Translations under genes and position numbers: made by a program | In this document: positions 1 to 8,601 of the stretch, piece after piece | Numbering within the stretch: the first letter of the stretch is position 1 | Layout of the letters: each line of letters opens with the position of its first letter | The notes under the pieces: generated by a model | What the model saw: only the letters and a program-made list of their open reading frames with translations | What the model was told of the DNA's origin: nothing | Databases searched by the model: none | From: an uncultured virus (IMG/VR IMGVR_UViG_3300050138_000133) | Taxonomy: Duplodnaviria; Heunggongvirae; Uroviricota; Caudoviricetes | Direction: 5' to 3' (one strand) | Virus record (IMG/VR): IMGVR_UViG_3300050138_000133 | Length of the DNA: 64,000 nucleotides

Positions 1-53
1 GTTCCAGCCTCTATTTCGGCCGGCAAACAAACCCCTATCCCCGCTGCATTGCG

Positions 54-374
54 CTAGATTTTATTCCAAGGATGTGCGGGGTCAATTGGTCTGCCGTTGG
101 CGTCACTGCCCGACATGAAGCCACGCGCCTCGTCGCGTTGTTTAGTGCTGTTGTGGTGCGTCTCGCATAGAGCCGCCCAGTTATTATTCTTGTCCCAGAA
201 CAACGACTGATCGCCACGGTGTGGCTTGATATGGTCGACCACGGTTGCAGCTACCTGCCGGCCCATGCCAGCACACTTGATGCAATGTGGATGGGACTTC
301 AGATAACCTCTGCGAGCCTGACGCCATGCGGCGCCATATCCTCGCTGCTGTGCTGTTGCTCTTGCATCTGTCAC
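54..374 (-). CDS. Packaging-associated HNH endonuclease (HK97 gp74-like)
   Basis: RGYGAAWRQAR...CIKC...VVDHIKPHRGD..LFWD.NNW..LC..HHNSTK...DANGRPIDPAHPW; probable GTG start at 374 after GGTG; last gene before the window edge. Confidence 0.9.
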   Translation of the reverse strand: MTDARATAQQRGYGAAWRQARRGYLKSHPHCIKCAGMGRQVAATVVDHIKPHRGDQSLFWDKNNNWAALCETHHNSTKQRDEARGFMSGSDANGRPIDPAHPWNKI

Positions 375-425
375 AGTAGACACCATTGAGCGCGTGGCAA
401 AGTACGGCGACCAGAGTAACAAACA

Positions 426-710
426 TCAGGCGCAGTCATCGTCCGGCGCGCAATATGCCACGTCGCACGGCAATCCATTGTCCGCGTGGTCCATGGTCAG
501 ATCACGATCACCGCCTACGGATGATCCATGGAACAGATGCTCAAGCCCGATGGTTTGACGCCTACGTTGGATGCGAGCCTTGCCGCCATCCTCTGGCAAA
601 TCGTCGATCAACGGAGTTGTTGGGAAGCTGCTTTCGTAAATAGCTTGGGCTTGCCGGATTAACGCATCGCGATCAACTTCGGGGCGAAATGGAATAATTG
701 TTGCGCTCAT
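426..710 (-). CDS. Hypothetical phage protein
   Basis: 94-aa ORF, ATG start MSATIIPFRP typical of alphaproteobacterial phage small proteins. Confidence 0.6.
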   Translation of the reverse strand: MSATIIPFRPEVDRDALIRQAQAIYESSFPTTPLIDDLPEDGGKARIQRRRQTIGLEHLFHGSSVGGDRDLTMDHADNGLPCDVAYCAPDDDCA

Positions 711-995
711 ATTGTCGCCTCGCGAATATTATTTGCGCCGGTACGTTGCCGGGTTGAAGATGGTAATCCAGAAAATCATCAAGAGCATGACGGCTTCCCC
801 TCGGATAAATTTCGCCCCGTCCCTACCAATCAGGATGGCCTACCCTCTATGTGGACTTACGGCGCTCGGGGCCGGTCAGGCGATCAACTCTGACCGTTTC
901 TCAATCGAAATCAGATCCAAAATGGAGCACCTGATAGACGGCCGGGCCGCGCTTGGATGCTGGAATATGGAATAGGCCCCAATGGCTGCATGAAA

Positions 996-1223
996 TCATG
1001 CTACTGGTTCCTTTGGGTGTTCGTGTAGATATTTTGAATCATAACTCTGTTCTGGCGTGTCTTCCGGCAATAGTGCAAGTGACTGCAACCAAGCGTCGCC
1101 CATCAATGCTGTAGTCGCCATCGTCATCGCCAGCATTTCGAACGGATCAGGACCAATCCAGAAGGCGCGGTCGCGATTTGATTTGGCTCGAAAATCGGTC
1201 CCATAGATGATCTGTGCTGTCAT
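996..1223 (-). CDS. Hypothetical phage protein
   Basis: ATG (MTAQIIYGTDF) preceded by GGAAGGA. Confidence 0.55.
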   Translation of the reverse strand: MTAQIIYGTDFRAKSNRDRAFWIGPDPFEMLAMTMATTALMGDAWLQSLALLPEDTPEQSYDSKYLHEHPKEPVA

Positions 1224-1247
1224 GCTAGATCCTTCCATGTAAGGCAC

Positions 1248-1608
1248 CGGGCGGCGCTAGCTCTCTGGTGCCACAAGGGCTCATGTATATTTGAAGAGAG
1301 CTGCAAGCACCGCCCGATTGGGGAAACATCATCCCACGCCGCTCAGGGTGGCCACCCTTCGTTCTCGTGAGTTAAACACTGCGTTTTCTAGGACACGAGC
1401 GGGGTAAGGGCTGATTAGACCCGTCCAGAACTCGCCATTCTCAGAAATCACTCCGATCCACAATGCAATATTAAATTAGCGTAAGATCCGCCGCTTGTCC
1501 CCGTCGAGACGACGCGCGGGCGTCGTGGGCGGTAATTATTAGCGCTCCGGCCTAACGGCTGGCGTGCGGATCCGCTTTTACAATGCGGGCGGCAGGCGCT
1601 CGGAGCTA
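1248..1608 (-). ncRNA. Candidate structured non-coding RNA cluster
   Basis: ORF-poor interval with several stems, e.g. 1248-1266 pairing with 1295-1316 (G-U wobble only on the minus strand), acgacgc/gcgtcgt, gctccg/cggagc. Confidence 0.4.
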
Positions 1609-1632
1609 GACGGCCAACGTCCTGGTTTAAGG

Positions 1633-1872
1633 CTAACGCCGGGTTTGAGACGTGCCGTCTGTCTGAATTGGAACGTAGAGTTTGCAGCGCTTATACGATC
1701 GGACAACAACCGCGGCTTTTTGGTAAGCCCGCTGATAGGTTGGATTTCCGGCCCTGTTTTCCAGGTTGAGCGCAACGCTCTCAAGCACGTCGTGAAGATC
1801 GGCGCTATCCATGCTGCACATGACCTTGGTCCGGAATTTTTGGCGCATTTCTAGAAGCTGAGACCCCGCCAA
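1633..1872 (-). CDS. Hypothetical protein
   Basis: ORF with plausible helical composition; start uncertain. Confidence 0.45.
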   Translation of the reverse strand: MAGSQLLEMRQKFRTKVMCSMDSADLHDVLESVALNLENRAGNPTYQRAYQKAAVVVRSYKRCKLYVPIQTDGTSQTRR

Positions 1873-2062
1873 TTTTGCGGGTCATCGGCATATCCGGGGG
1901 ATTTACCCCGGCGTGAGAAATACTGCAAGTCCAAGAACGGGTCGAACCGTGGTCCTTGCAAATTCCTGCCACATCGATCGGCGCAACTGCGATGCAAGCG
2001 CGAACCGAACGATACGAGATATGGTTGATTTGTTCTTGGGCGTCTATTAACGAAGTATTCAA
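1805..2062 (-). CDS. Hypothetical protein
   Basis: TTG start preceded by strong AAGGAGG RBS; overlaps the next ORF. Confidence 0.35.
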   Translation of the reverse strand: MNTSLIDAQEQINHISYRSVRACIAVAPIDVAGICKDHGSTRSWTCSISHAGVNPPDMPMTRKIGGVSASRNAPKIPDQGHVQHG

Positions 2063-2077
2063 ACGGCCTCCTTGTGT

Positions 2078-2092
2078 TTAACAAAGTGTTAA
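2078..2092. promoter_or_regulatory. CtrA-type binding box
   Basis: TTAA-caaagtg-TTAA (TTAA-N7-TTAA); second near match TTAA-cgaagta-TTCA at 2047-2061. Confidence 0.6.
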
Positions 2093-2126
2093 GCATTCGC
2101 GGCATGATCTGGCAATCATTAGGCGT

Positions 2127-2169
2127 TCAAAGTGGGCGTCTAATTCCTTGAAATGCTCAAAGTGGGCGT
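2127..2169. repeat. 13-bp direct repeat x2, candidate operator
   Basis: TCAAAGTGGGCGT at 2127-2139 and 2157-2169 (30-bp period), intergenic. Confidence 0.75.
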
Positions 2170-2580
2170 TTACTTTTCCTCTGCAAAACTCTTGCGCGCG
2201 GCGTCTCTTATTAATCGCAGTGCGACGTCAATGTAGCTGTCATCCGCCCCCGGATCGCGATCAACAATGATGTACCTGTTCCCATCCGCACGCGCGACGA
2301 TATTCCGCTCGCATAGAATCTGCAACTTGCGTTGTACCGTAGGACGCGGGATGCCAAGCCAGCGCGAAATTCCTGATGGGTTTTTGGTTTTTCCTTCCGT
2401 ATGGCCCACAAGCACAGCGGCAGCGATTAGTAACATTTCTACCTCGCCTGCGATGGTAGTTATGAATCGCTTGCCTAAGTGCCTTTTTTGCCTGCCAATA
2501 GGTCCGGAATGTGCGGTCTTGATTAGGTCAATTTCAAGCTTTGCGATGATATTGCGCTCGGCTTCTCTATGCAGAGTCAC
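2170..2580 (-). CDS. Winged-HTH DNA-binding protein
   Basis: NPSGISRWLGIPRPTVQRKLQILCERNIV HTH plus wing. Confidence 0.75.
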   Translation of the reverse strand: MTLHREAERNIIAKLEIDLIKTAHSGPIGRQKRHLGKRFITTIAGEVEMLLIAAAVLVGHTEGKTKNPSGISRWLGIPRPTVQRKLQILCERNIVARADGNRYIIVDRDPGADDSYIDVALRLIRDAARKSFAEEK

Positions 2581-2804
2581 ACTGGCTCCTTGTGTTTGAG
2601 CGCGCGAATCACTTCTATGATTGGCGAGACGATTCCAAAATCACCCAAGAATTTTGCAACACGCAATGCCGCCCGTTCCAGCGCGTCATTCTCTGCGGCT
2701 CGGATGGCGGCTGCGATTTCAGCACGCATTTCGTTTGACTGATCCAAGTCCTCGCATGCACTTCCGGTAATGTTGATTTCCCAAGCCCGCTCTTCCGGTG
2801 TCAT
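2577..2804 (-). CDS. Hypothetical phage protein
   Basis: 4-bp overlaps with neighbours; AENDALERAA motif common in phage small proteins. Confidence 0.7.
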   Translation of the reverse strand: MTPEERAWEINITGSACEDLDQSNEMRAEIAAAIRAAENDALERAALRVAKFLGDFGIVSPIIEVIRALKHKEPV

Positions 2805-2980
2805 TGCGATTCCTGTTCAAGTCGCTCAAGTTCCTCAACCTCTTCTTGGGTGAACTTCACGTCTGATCGGTGGGTATTAAAAAAATCGATAAAGGTAACA
2901 TCTTCAGCCTGTCCGACGTGGCAGATATAGCGGCGTAGGAGATCCCGGTAATCGATCTTGGACGGGCTGGTCGGTGTCAT
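2801..2980 (-). CDS. Hypothetical protein, 59 aa (below ORF-track cutoff)
   Basis: MTPTSPSKIDYRDLLRRYICHVG...ESQ*; ATGA overlaps at both ends. Confidence 0.7.
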   Translation of the reverse strand: MTPTSPSKIDYRDLLRRYICHVGQAEDVTFIDFFNTHRSDVKFTQEEVEELERLEQESQ

Positions 2981-3207
2981 TGCTTGATCTCTAGCGCATA
3001 GGTTTGCAGAAGCGATTCCTTCTCTTTGGTGTCACCATATTTAACAAATTCGGTCTCTGTGAATCTCTCAATGCCTTGATGCTGCGTCGTTCGTACAGTC
3101 GATCGAACGTCAAATAACGCCACGCGCGAAGATTCCCACGTCAATCGGATTTGACCGGATCCGTCCTTCGACGGCAACACCTCAACCCCAACCAAAAACC
3201 TGCTCAT
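2977..3207 (-). CDS. Hypothetical protein
   Basis: Translationally coupled ORF. Confidence 0.6.
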   Translation of the reverse strand: MSRFLVGVEVLPSKDGSGQIRLTWESSRVALFDVRSTVRTTQHQGIERFTETEFVKYGDTKEKESLLQTYALEIKQ

Positions 3208-3431
3208 GCTGCTACCACCTTATCAGCCGGAGCAAATTCTTTGGCTTGCGTGAAGCCGTGGTTTACGGCATTCAGCGCCTCTTCCTTTTCCCACCCAACA
3301 ATTGCCGGACCACGATTTCCCAAACTGCAAAGCGTGGCCTCTTGTCCGCATCGGAAACCGGCTGCAAAGGCGAGAGCGCGTTGCGATTCTATTAGTTGCC
3401 GATGGGCGTCGCGTTTCCTGAAAAAGAACAT
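3204..3431 (-). CDS. Hypothetical protein ending in a copy of the NusG-like C-terminus
   Basis: GGGAG RBS; ends PADKVVAA versus PADMVVAA in the upstream gene. Confidence 0.7.
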   Translation of the reverse strand: MFFFRKRDAHRQLIESQRALAFAAGFRCGQEATLCSLGNRGPAIVGWEKEEALNAVNHGFTQAKEFAPADKVVAA

Positions 3432-3441
3432 TGATTTCTCC

Positions 3442-4032
3442 CTAAGCTGCTACCACCATGTCAGCCGGTAGGCTCGTCCGGATCATCCCCAATAATATCT
3501 CAATTCTACCCTTGCTGTCGATTTTGTTGATAGTCGCAATGAGGCCAGCATAGGCGCCGCCATCTTGGTCTACGCGTACCTTGTCGCCGCGTTTCCACGC
3601 CGAGCCGCGGCGCCCTCCAACCTCCTTGAGCCATATCTGATGCTCCTGCAATTGGCGTTTGAATACGGCCAGCACGGCGATATGCGGCAGTTGAACTGGA
3701 TTTCCCAATACATCTCGCATGAAGGCGCGAACGCCGCGGATTTCTTCGATCTCGCCGTAGTCGCCAATTCCAATCGTTCTGAGGAAACCATAACCTGGGA
3801 ACATCGGTTTTGCGATCACTCTCGTTATCTTATGACCATTTTTTCCGATGCGTCCGGTCTTGATGCGTTTTCGGATCACCGGAACGAACATCTCTAATCC
3901 CAATTTGTGCAGGCGCCAGACCGTCATCAGATCCTGCTGTGGTTCGGTCAACATCACGAACCACGGCGATTCCATTGGAGACGGAACGGGCTTTGGCTCG
4001 ATGAGCGCCTCGCCTAGATTAGATGCTCGCAT
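3442..4032 (-). CDS. NusG/RfaH-family transcription antitermination factor (late activator position)
   Basis: NGN domain (WFVMLTEP...PMFPGYGF...IRGVRAFM) plus KOW (GDKVRVDQDGGAYAGLIATI); ATG at 4032 with GGAG RBS. Confidence 0.9.
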   Translation of the reverse strand: MRASNLGEALIEPKPVPSPMESPWFVMLTEPQQDLMTVWRLHKLGLEMFVPVIRKRIKTGRIGKNGHKITRVIAKPMFPGYGFLRTIGIGDYGEIEEIRGVRAFMRDVLGNPVQLPHIAVLAVFKRQLQEHQIWLKEVGGRRGSAWKRGDKVRVDQDGGAYAGLIATINKIDSKGRIEILLGMIRTSLPADMVVAA

Positions 4033-4327
4033 TCTTTTCTCCCTTGTATTCGTGCAGTTCACCGAGAGATAACGGCGGCAGCGCATCCCAGAGTCTAACT
4101 TCCTCGGTGTTCATTATCTGGGCGAGCACACGATTCCGTTTCGTGTTTGGCCGAAGCGGCCTAGACAATCCAATGGGTGCCACTAGGATTGCGTGACAGC
4201 CGACAACATCTGATATCGCAACGCCGCTGATACCTGTATTTGGCGCAGTCTGCGCTATAGCCGCAACGGGCATAACGGTCACTAGGGGCGCGATGCCGAT
4301 GAATTGTAATAACGATCTGCGGTTCAT
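4019..4327 (-). CDS. Hypothetical protein with Tat-like N-terminus (MNRRSLL)
   Basis: Shares first and last codons with 6661-6957. Confidence 0.6.
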   Translation of the reverse strand: MNRRSLLQFIGIAPLVTVMPVAAIAQTAPNTGISGVAISDVVGCHAILVAPIGLSRPLRPNTKRNRVLAQIMNTEEVRLWDALPPLSLGELHEYKGEKNASI

Positions 4328-4328
4328 T

Positions 4329-4508
4329 TCACTTCTCGACGATGTTAATTTTTGTGCATTTTATAAACTGTTGTTTGATATAGTGATCTCCAAGATCATC
4401 AGGTTCTAATCCAATATCGCAAAACACACAGCCGCAACTCGGCGTGTGCGCAATTTTAACGACATCGTTGAGTCCAGCCGCAATCTTGTTAAATACTCTC
4501 TTGTTCAT
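4329..4508 (-). CDS. Hypothetical protein, 59 aa
   Basis: MNKRVFNKIAAGL...CGCVFCD...NIVEK*; ATGA overlap upstream. Confidence 0.65.
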   Translation of the reverse strand: MNKRVFNKIAAGLNDVVKIAHTPSCGCVFCDIGLEPDDLGDHYIKQQFIKCTKINIVEK

Positions 4509-4816
4509 GCTGCGGCCTTCGCTTGAATGCCATTATTCATTATAAGGCGCTGTAGCGCGGCTATGTCGTTTGATTGGATGTTGTTGTGTGCGCCGTAGTT
4601 TTCGACATCAGTTATAAGTTCGTTCTTTTCGAGAGGGGTCAATCCAATCCAATGCGAGTAGTAGCATTGTTTGGCGAATGCATAAGGGATCGATCTCGCC
4701 AACCTCTTGCGGCGAAGATCACGCATGTAGTCTGCGTGTGCCTCAGTCTCTTCCTCGCTAGGCGTCTGCACCCAAACAACCAATCGGCGCAGGTATTTGT
4801 GGATCAATTTAAACAT
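4505..4816 (-). CDS. Hypothetical protein
   Basis: 103-aa ORF with GGAG RBS, coupled to next gene. Confidence 0.65.
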   Translation of the reverse strand: MFKLIHKYLRRLVVWVQTPSEEETEAHADYMRDLRRKRLARSIPYAFAKQCYYSHWIGLTPLEKNELITDVENYGAHNNIQSNDIAALQRLIMNNGIQAKAAA

Positions 4817-4843
4817 TTCATTGCTCCGTTGATTTGCGATGTA

Positions 4844-5038
4844 CTAATGCCCAAGGATACGCGGGGCTTTCAATCTATGGTTCAGCGCGGCGGTGGCGTC
4901 GCCGTCCGCTCGGCTCAATTCCTCATCAAATTTCCGCAACATCTCGGTTTTTGACATTTCGCCATCAGACACTTCGCCATCAGACAATATGTCGAGCATC
5001 AATCTTTCCTCTGGCGTCAAATCGTTAAGCGCAACCAT
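4844..5038 (-). CDS. Hypothetical protein flanked by 19-bp direct repeats
   Basis: ATG at 5038 (MVALNDLTPEER) after AAGGA; GCCCAAGGATACGCGGGGC at 4849-4867 and 5059-5077. Confidence 0.6.
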   Translation of the reverse strand: MVALNDLTPEERLMLDILSDGEVSDGEMSKTEMLRKFDEELSRADGDATAALNHRLKAPRILGH

Positions 5039-5090
5039 CTCGATCTTCCTTCTGCACGGCCCAAGGATACGCGGGGCGCGCCAAAAAGTC

Positions 5091-6674
5091 CTATTGATCG
5101 CCAACCGCCACCAATTCAATTCCTGCCGCGAAAGCGTCGGCGGTGGCGGCGGACGTAAATCCTGACGACGACAGGATCAGGGCGATTGGTTCAATACCGT
5201 GCTTGGCTTCGAATGTGGATCGCGTTCCAATCATTTCCCTGACGACGGACGGACCTACTTTGGCGGTCCAGTGCTTGGCTTGCCCAATGGCAAACTTTCC
5301 GTTCGAATTATTGACGGCTAGAATGTCAATCCCGCCATCGCCGACCTTGTCAATAATCTCGTAGCCGCGCCCCTCCATCAGTTTTTCGCAAAGTCTTTCA
5401 AACTGGAACCAATTTAAGCCATCTAAAAGCATAACTTGCTTGCTTAATTCGATGACATCAAACAATGAGCGCGATGCAGTGCGGCTTCTATATCGCACCA
5501 ATCCGCCGTCCGTCGCCTTTCCTGCGATGTGCGCACGGACCCATGTCTTTCCAGATGGAAATTCCGTAATACCGTGCAGCGTCGCTATCGCTTTTTGTTT
5601 TGCCGACGCGGAATGACCATCGCCTAATACCCTAAAATGAGATCGGATAAAATGCGGCGACACACTCCATATTTTGGTATCCGGATTCGCGGCGGCCGTC
5701 ACCTTTTCGCGGTTGTATTTGCAGCGCGGCAGATAAATTATTTTATCGATCTTCTTCCCGTCGCGGCCGGTATGTCTTCTCACGCGCGGAGCACCAAGTC
5801 TGAACGCGTTTTCGCGGTTCTCCACGACCCAAAAATCCCTTAAGATCGCGGCGCTTAAGAAATAAATGGCGCTAAATTCGTCTTCGTCAAAATTTGATAT
5901 CCACTGCACGGAGCGCTGCTCACGTACCGAAAGTTCGAAATAACTTCTAGTCATAGGATCTTGGACAGAAAATCTATTTCTGATGGCATCAAGACCGTCC
6001 GTAATGATTTCCCACTTAAACTTTTCCTGCGATACCTTAACCCGACATATCAGCCGGGCGTTGCCATCGGCATCTCGCCAAGAGAAATAAAAGTCTCGAC
6101 GCTCGGAAACTTCAACGCCGGCAAAATCTCCTATTGAGAATTCAACCACGGCACCATCAGGAACGGTCGATTGCCTCGCGGCAACACCCTCCGTTAATAA
6201 CATCTCCGCCAACCGATCGTGGCTGATCCTTTTGGCAATGGGTAAGGTGACGGAGAAATCGGGAGGATTGTCCCATTTCATGCCGACTTCACGACAGAAC
6301 GACGCGGCTTCGGCGTCGTTGTCTATATCAATCAGATTCCAATCAGCCGGTAGAGAGAATGCAGCATGCCCGCTTGGAGTATCTTTGGCATGACCGAATA
6401 GAGGACATTGGCGATCAAGGATGGAATTTTTTCTCAATTCGTTGCGTTCTTGGTCAATTTTTTCACGCTCCATCCGCAAATGATGACATCTGATGCGCGG
6501 GTCAATTTCCTCTTTTCCATCTTTTTTTCTATTGAGATATTTTAGCTTTTCCCAATCGGTGATCCCAGGCGCCGAATCGAAAAGCTCCAGCGCGCGACGC
6601 TCGATTTCAGGACTGGTCCACGGATCTCCTGGCTTATATGGAGCGACGCCGTCGCCTAGATTAGATGCTCGCAT
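5091..6674 (-). CDS. Multi-domain protein with C-terminal Mrr-type restriction endonuclease domain
   Basis: FERLCEKLMEGRGY...GDGGIDILA...QAKHW...VGPSVVREMIG...SSGFTSAA is the Mrr_cat signature. Confidence 0.85.
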   Translation of the reverse strand: MRASNLGDGVAPYKPGDPWTSPEIERRALELFDSAPGITDWEKLKYLNRKKDGKEEIDPRIRCHHLRMEREKIDQERNELRKNSILDRQCPLFGHAKDTPSGHAAFSLPADWNLIDIDNDAEAASFCREVGMKWDNPPDFSVTLPIAKRISHDRLAEMLLTEGVAARQSTVPDGAVVEFSIGDFAGVEVSERRDFYFSWRDADGNARLICRVKVSQEKFKWEIITDGLDAIRNRFSVQDPMTRSYFELSVREQRSVQWISNFDEDEFSAIYFLSAAILRDFWVVENRENAFRLGAPRVRRHTGRDGKKIDKIIYLPRCKYNREKVTAAANPDTKIWSVSPHFIRSHFRVLGDGHSASAKQKAIATLHGITEFPSGKTWVRAHIAGKATDGGLVRYRSRTASRSLFDVIELSKQVMLLDGLNWFQFERLCEKLMEGRGYEIIDKVGDGGIDILAVNNSNGKFAIGQAKHWTAKVGPSVVREMIGTRSTFEAKHGIEPIALILSSSGFTSAATADAFAAGIELVAVGDQ

Positions 6675-6957
6675 TTTTTCCTACCTTATCTTCGTGAAAC
6701 TCATCGCATAATGGCCGATCCGCAAACATCCACTCACGACACGCGATTGGATCGAGATAGGTCTTGGTGAGAGAAAACCGCCGCCGACCAGCAGAGGACG
6801 ACGATTCAATATATTTTTCGAAGCTACTTGCAAGACCCGCGCGCCATTCATCGCTGATACGCTTAAGTTCGGCTAATGTTGGCCGGGTCTTGGTCACTGC
6901 GGCGCCCCCAAGAAATGGAACGGATGCCAAAAACCCGAAAAACAATCTGCGGTTCAT
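6661..6957 (-). CDS. Hypothetical protein with Tat-like N-terminus (MNRRLFF)
   Basis: Ends KNASI like 4019-4327. Confidence 0.6.
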   Translation of the reverse strand: MNRRLFFGFLASVPFLGGAAVTKTRPTLAELKRISDEWRAGLASSFEKYIESSSSAGRRRFSLTKTYLDPIACREWMFADRPLCDEFHEDKVGKNASI

Positions 6958-6958
6958 T

Positions 6959-7189
6959 TCACTTCTCGACGATCTTGATGCCGTTTTCATCTAGCCATTG
7001 TTGCAACATGCAATCCATCACGCGGAACTGTAATGCCAATTTAGTCAAGCCGACCTGAGCCGCAGTCGGAGGCGCATCAACCTTGAGTATTCCGACTGCG
7101 ACGGCCCAATCAGTCAAATCCTCCCCTAAGCAAGACGTGCCTCGATCTTCCATTTTTCCGAATAACTCAACTGCCTCGTCACGAGTCAT
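6959..7189 (-). CDS. Hypothetical protein
   Basis: 76 aa, ends KIVEK like 4329-4508. Confidence 0.65.
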   Translation of the reverse strand: MTRDEAVELFGKMEDRGTSCLGEDLTDWAVAVGILKVDAPPTAAQVGLTKLALQFRVMDCMLQQWLDENGIKIVEK

Positions 7190-7274
7190 GATGCATCCAT
7201 TCGCAAAAAGATTCCAAGACTAGCCAACGCGATAAGAAATAACTCAACCGATATTACCGCAAATTGAAAATCAC

Positions 7275-7625
7275 TCATGCTGCATCCTCCGTAGATTGAG
7301 GGGCTGCAACCTCGAACGATCCGATAAATTTCTTTTCTCGGACCATCTTCGCGCTCTCGGTAATGCGGACAAGATAATCAGCGCGCGGCGTCATCTCATC
7401 GAGCCTCGTTGCGGGTAGTGTTGGGCCTTCGCACAGAGCATCGAATTCGCCAAAATTCGCATCGCCGCGGCGGCGCACGTCTATAATGCGATGGTCGGGT
7501 GGAAAATTAAGTAATTCCGCAAGCAGACCCATACTGACCCGGATGATTCCGACGCGCTGATCCGCATCACTCTCGGATGTAATACAGTCCTCATTTTTCC
7601 GATCGAACTTCACGGATATGCTCAT
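7275..7625 (-). CDS. Hypothetical protein
   Basis: ATG (MSISVKFDRK) overlaps the stop of the replication gene. Confidence 0.65.
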   Translation of the reverse strand: MSISVKFDRKNEDCITSESDADQRVGIIRVSMGLLAELLNFPPDHRIIDVRRRGDANFGEFDALCEGPTLPATRLDEMTPRADYLVRITESAKMVREKKFIGSFEVAAPQSTEDAA

Positions 7626-8593
7626 GCTGCATTTTCCGATTCTGGTGGCGCGATACGTTCGCCGGTTGCTTCGTCGTAGCCTGGCGGGAAAAGTGTTTTG
7701 CAGCGCGCCGCCACGGCTTCGGCGCCGTTGACGATGTGCTTGCTGAAGAACAACCATCGCAATCCGCGATCGCGATTGTAGGCATCCCAACAGACCGCCT
7801 CGGTCGTTCCTTGGATTACCAAAACATAGGGTTCTTGCGATGCCGCTACAGGCTCCGGCGTTGGCTTCCAATCCGGATCCTTCTTGCGTTTGAAATCCAA
7901 CCAGCGGTCGCACCAAACCTTGAAACTCATGTCTGGATTGAAGCTAACGGCACGGGTTTCGAGGCTCCTCGCGATGAATTTACTCAATTCGGATTTTAGG
8001 TCCACTGCCTTCATTCCTAGTGAAAAAGCGTATTCGATGGCTGGTTCCGATGGTCCGTAATTTATATCGATTGGGGTTGGTTTTTCTTCCCCAACCAATT
8101 TTAAATCAGAGCGAGCGGGTTTTACTCCCTCTCCTTTTTCAATTCCTATTCCAGATTCCTCCTCCCCTTCACCTCCTCCATCCTCCATCTGCGGAGACTT
8201 TTCCGAACTAGTTCCGGACTGGTGGAGAACCTGTGACGAACCGTCCTGCCTTAGACCGGCGTAGGTGTGTAACTCCTGTGGCATGTGAAAGGTATATTTC
8301 GGCTTTTTTGGCCGTTGATACCGGCAGAAGTTACGAACCAGTCCGTAACTCTTGCCTTCTGATGTGAACTTTTTTACGCAATTGCACGTCGCCATCTCTT
8401 CCATAAGCGCCGCGATGTCGGCGGGATCGGCCGGCATGAGTCGCATCTTGAATTGCAGCGGCTTCCACTCGAATATTCCATGGTCGTCTGCTTCGGTCCA
8501 AATACCGATGTAGAGGACGCGCGCCGTCATCGACAACGACACGAATGCCTCGTCGGTAAATAATCCGGGATGGACACTGCGAATTCTAGCCAT
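7622..8593 (-). CDS. Phage replication initiator/replisome organiser-like protein
   Basis: MARIRSVHPGLFTDE...ARVLYIGIWTEADDHG...NFCRYQRPKKP N-terminal domain, low-complexity linker, DnaT-like C-terminal part. Confidence 0.75.
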   Translation of the reverse strand: MARIRSVHPGLFTDEAFVSLSMTARVLYIGIWTEADDHGIFEWKPLQFKMRLMPADPADIAALMEEMATCNCVKKFTSEGKSYGLVRNFCRYQRPKKPKYTFHMPQELHTYAGLRQDGSSQVLHQSGTSSEKSPQMEDGGGEGEEESGIGIEKGEGVKPARSDLKLVGEEKPTPIDINYGPSEPAIEYAFSLGMKAVDLKSELSKFIARSLETRAVSFNPDMSFKVWCDRWLDFKRKKDPDWKPTPEPVAASQEPYVLVIQGTTEAVCWDAYNRDRGLRWLFFSKHIVNGAEAVAARCKTLFPPGYDEATGERIAPPESENAA

Positions 8594-8601
8594 TGTAGCC
8601 T

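Noticed and set aside
184..426. 80-aa ORF overlapping the HNH gene, possible frameshifted Cys-containing N-terminus
   Set aside because: It has a TGATG-coupled start, but the HNH frame has its own GTG and RBS and no slippery site is visible; unresolved
1925..1965. tRNA suggested by GGTTCGA on the minus strand
   Set aside because: No acceptor stem, D-arm or anticodon arm could be built; no tRNA recognised anywhere in the window
8198..8245. Replication-origin iterons inside the initiator gene
   Set aside because: Only very degenerate 12-bp periodicity; plausible by position but not supportable
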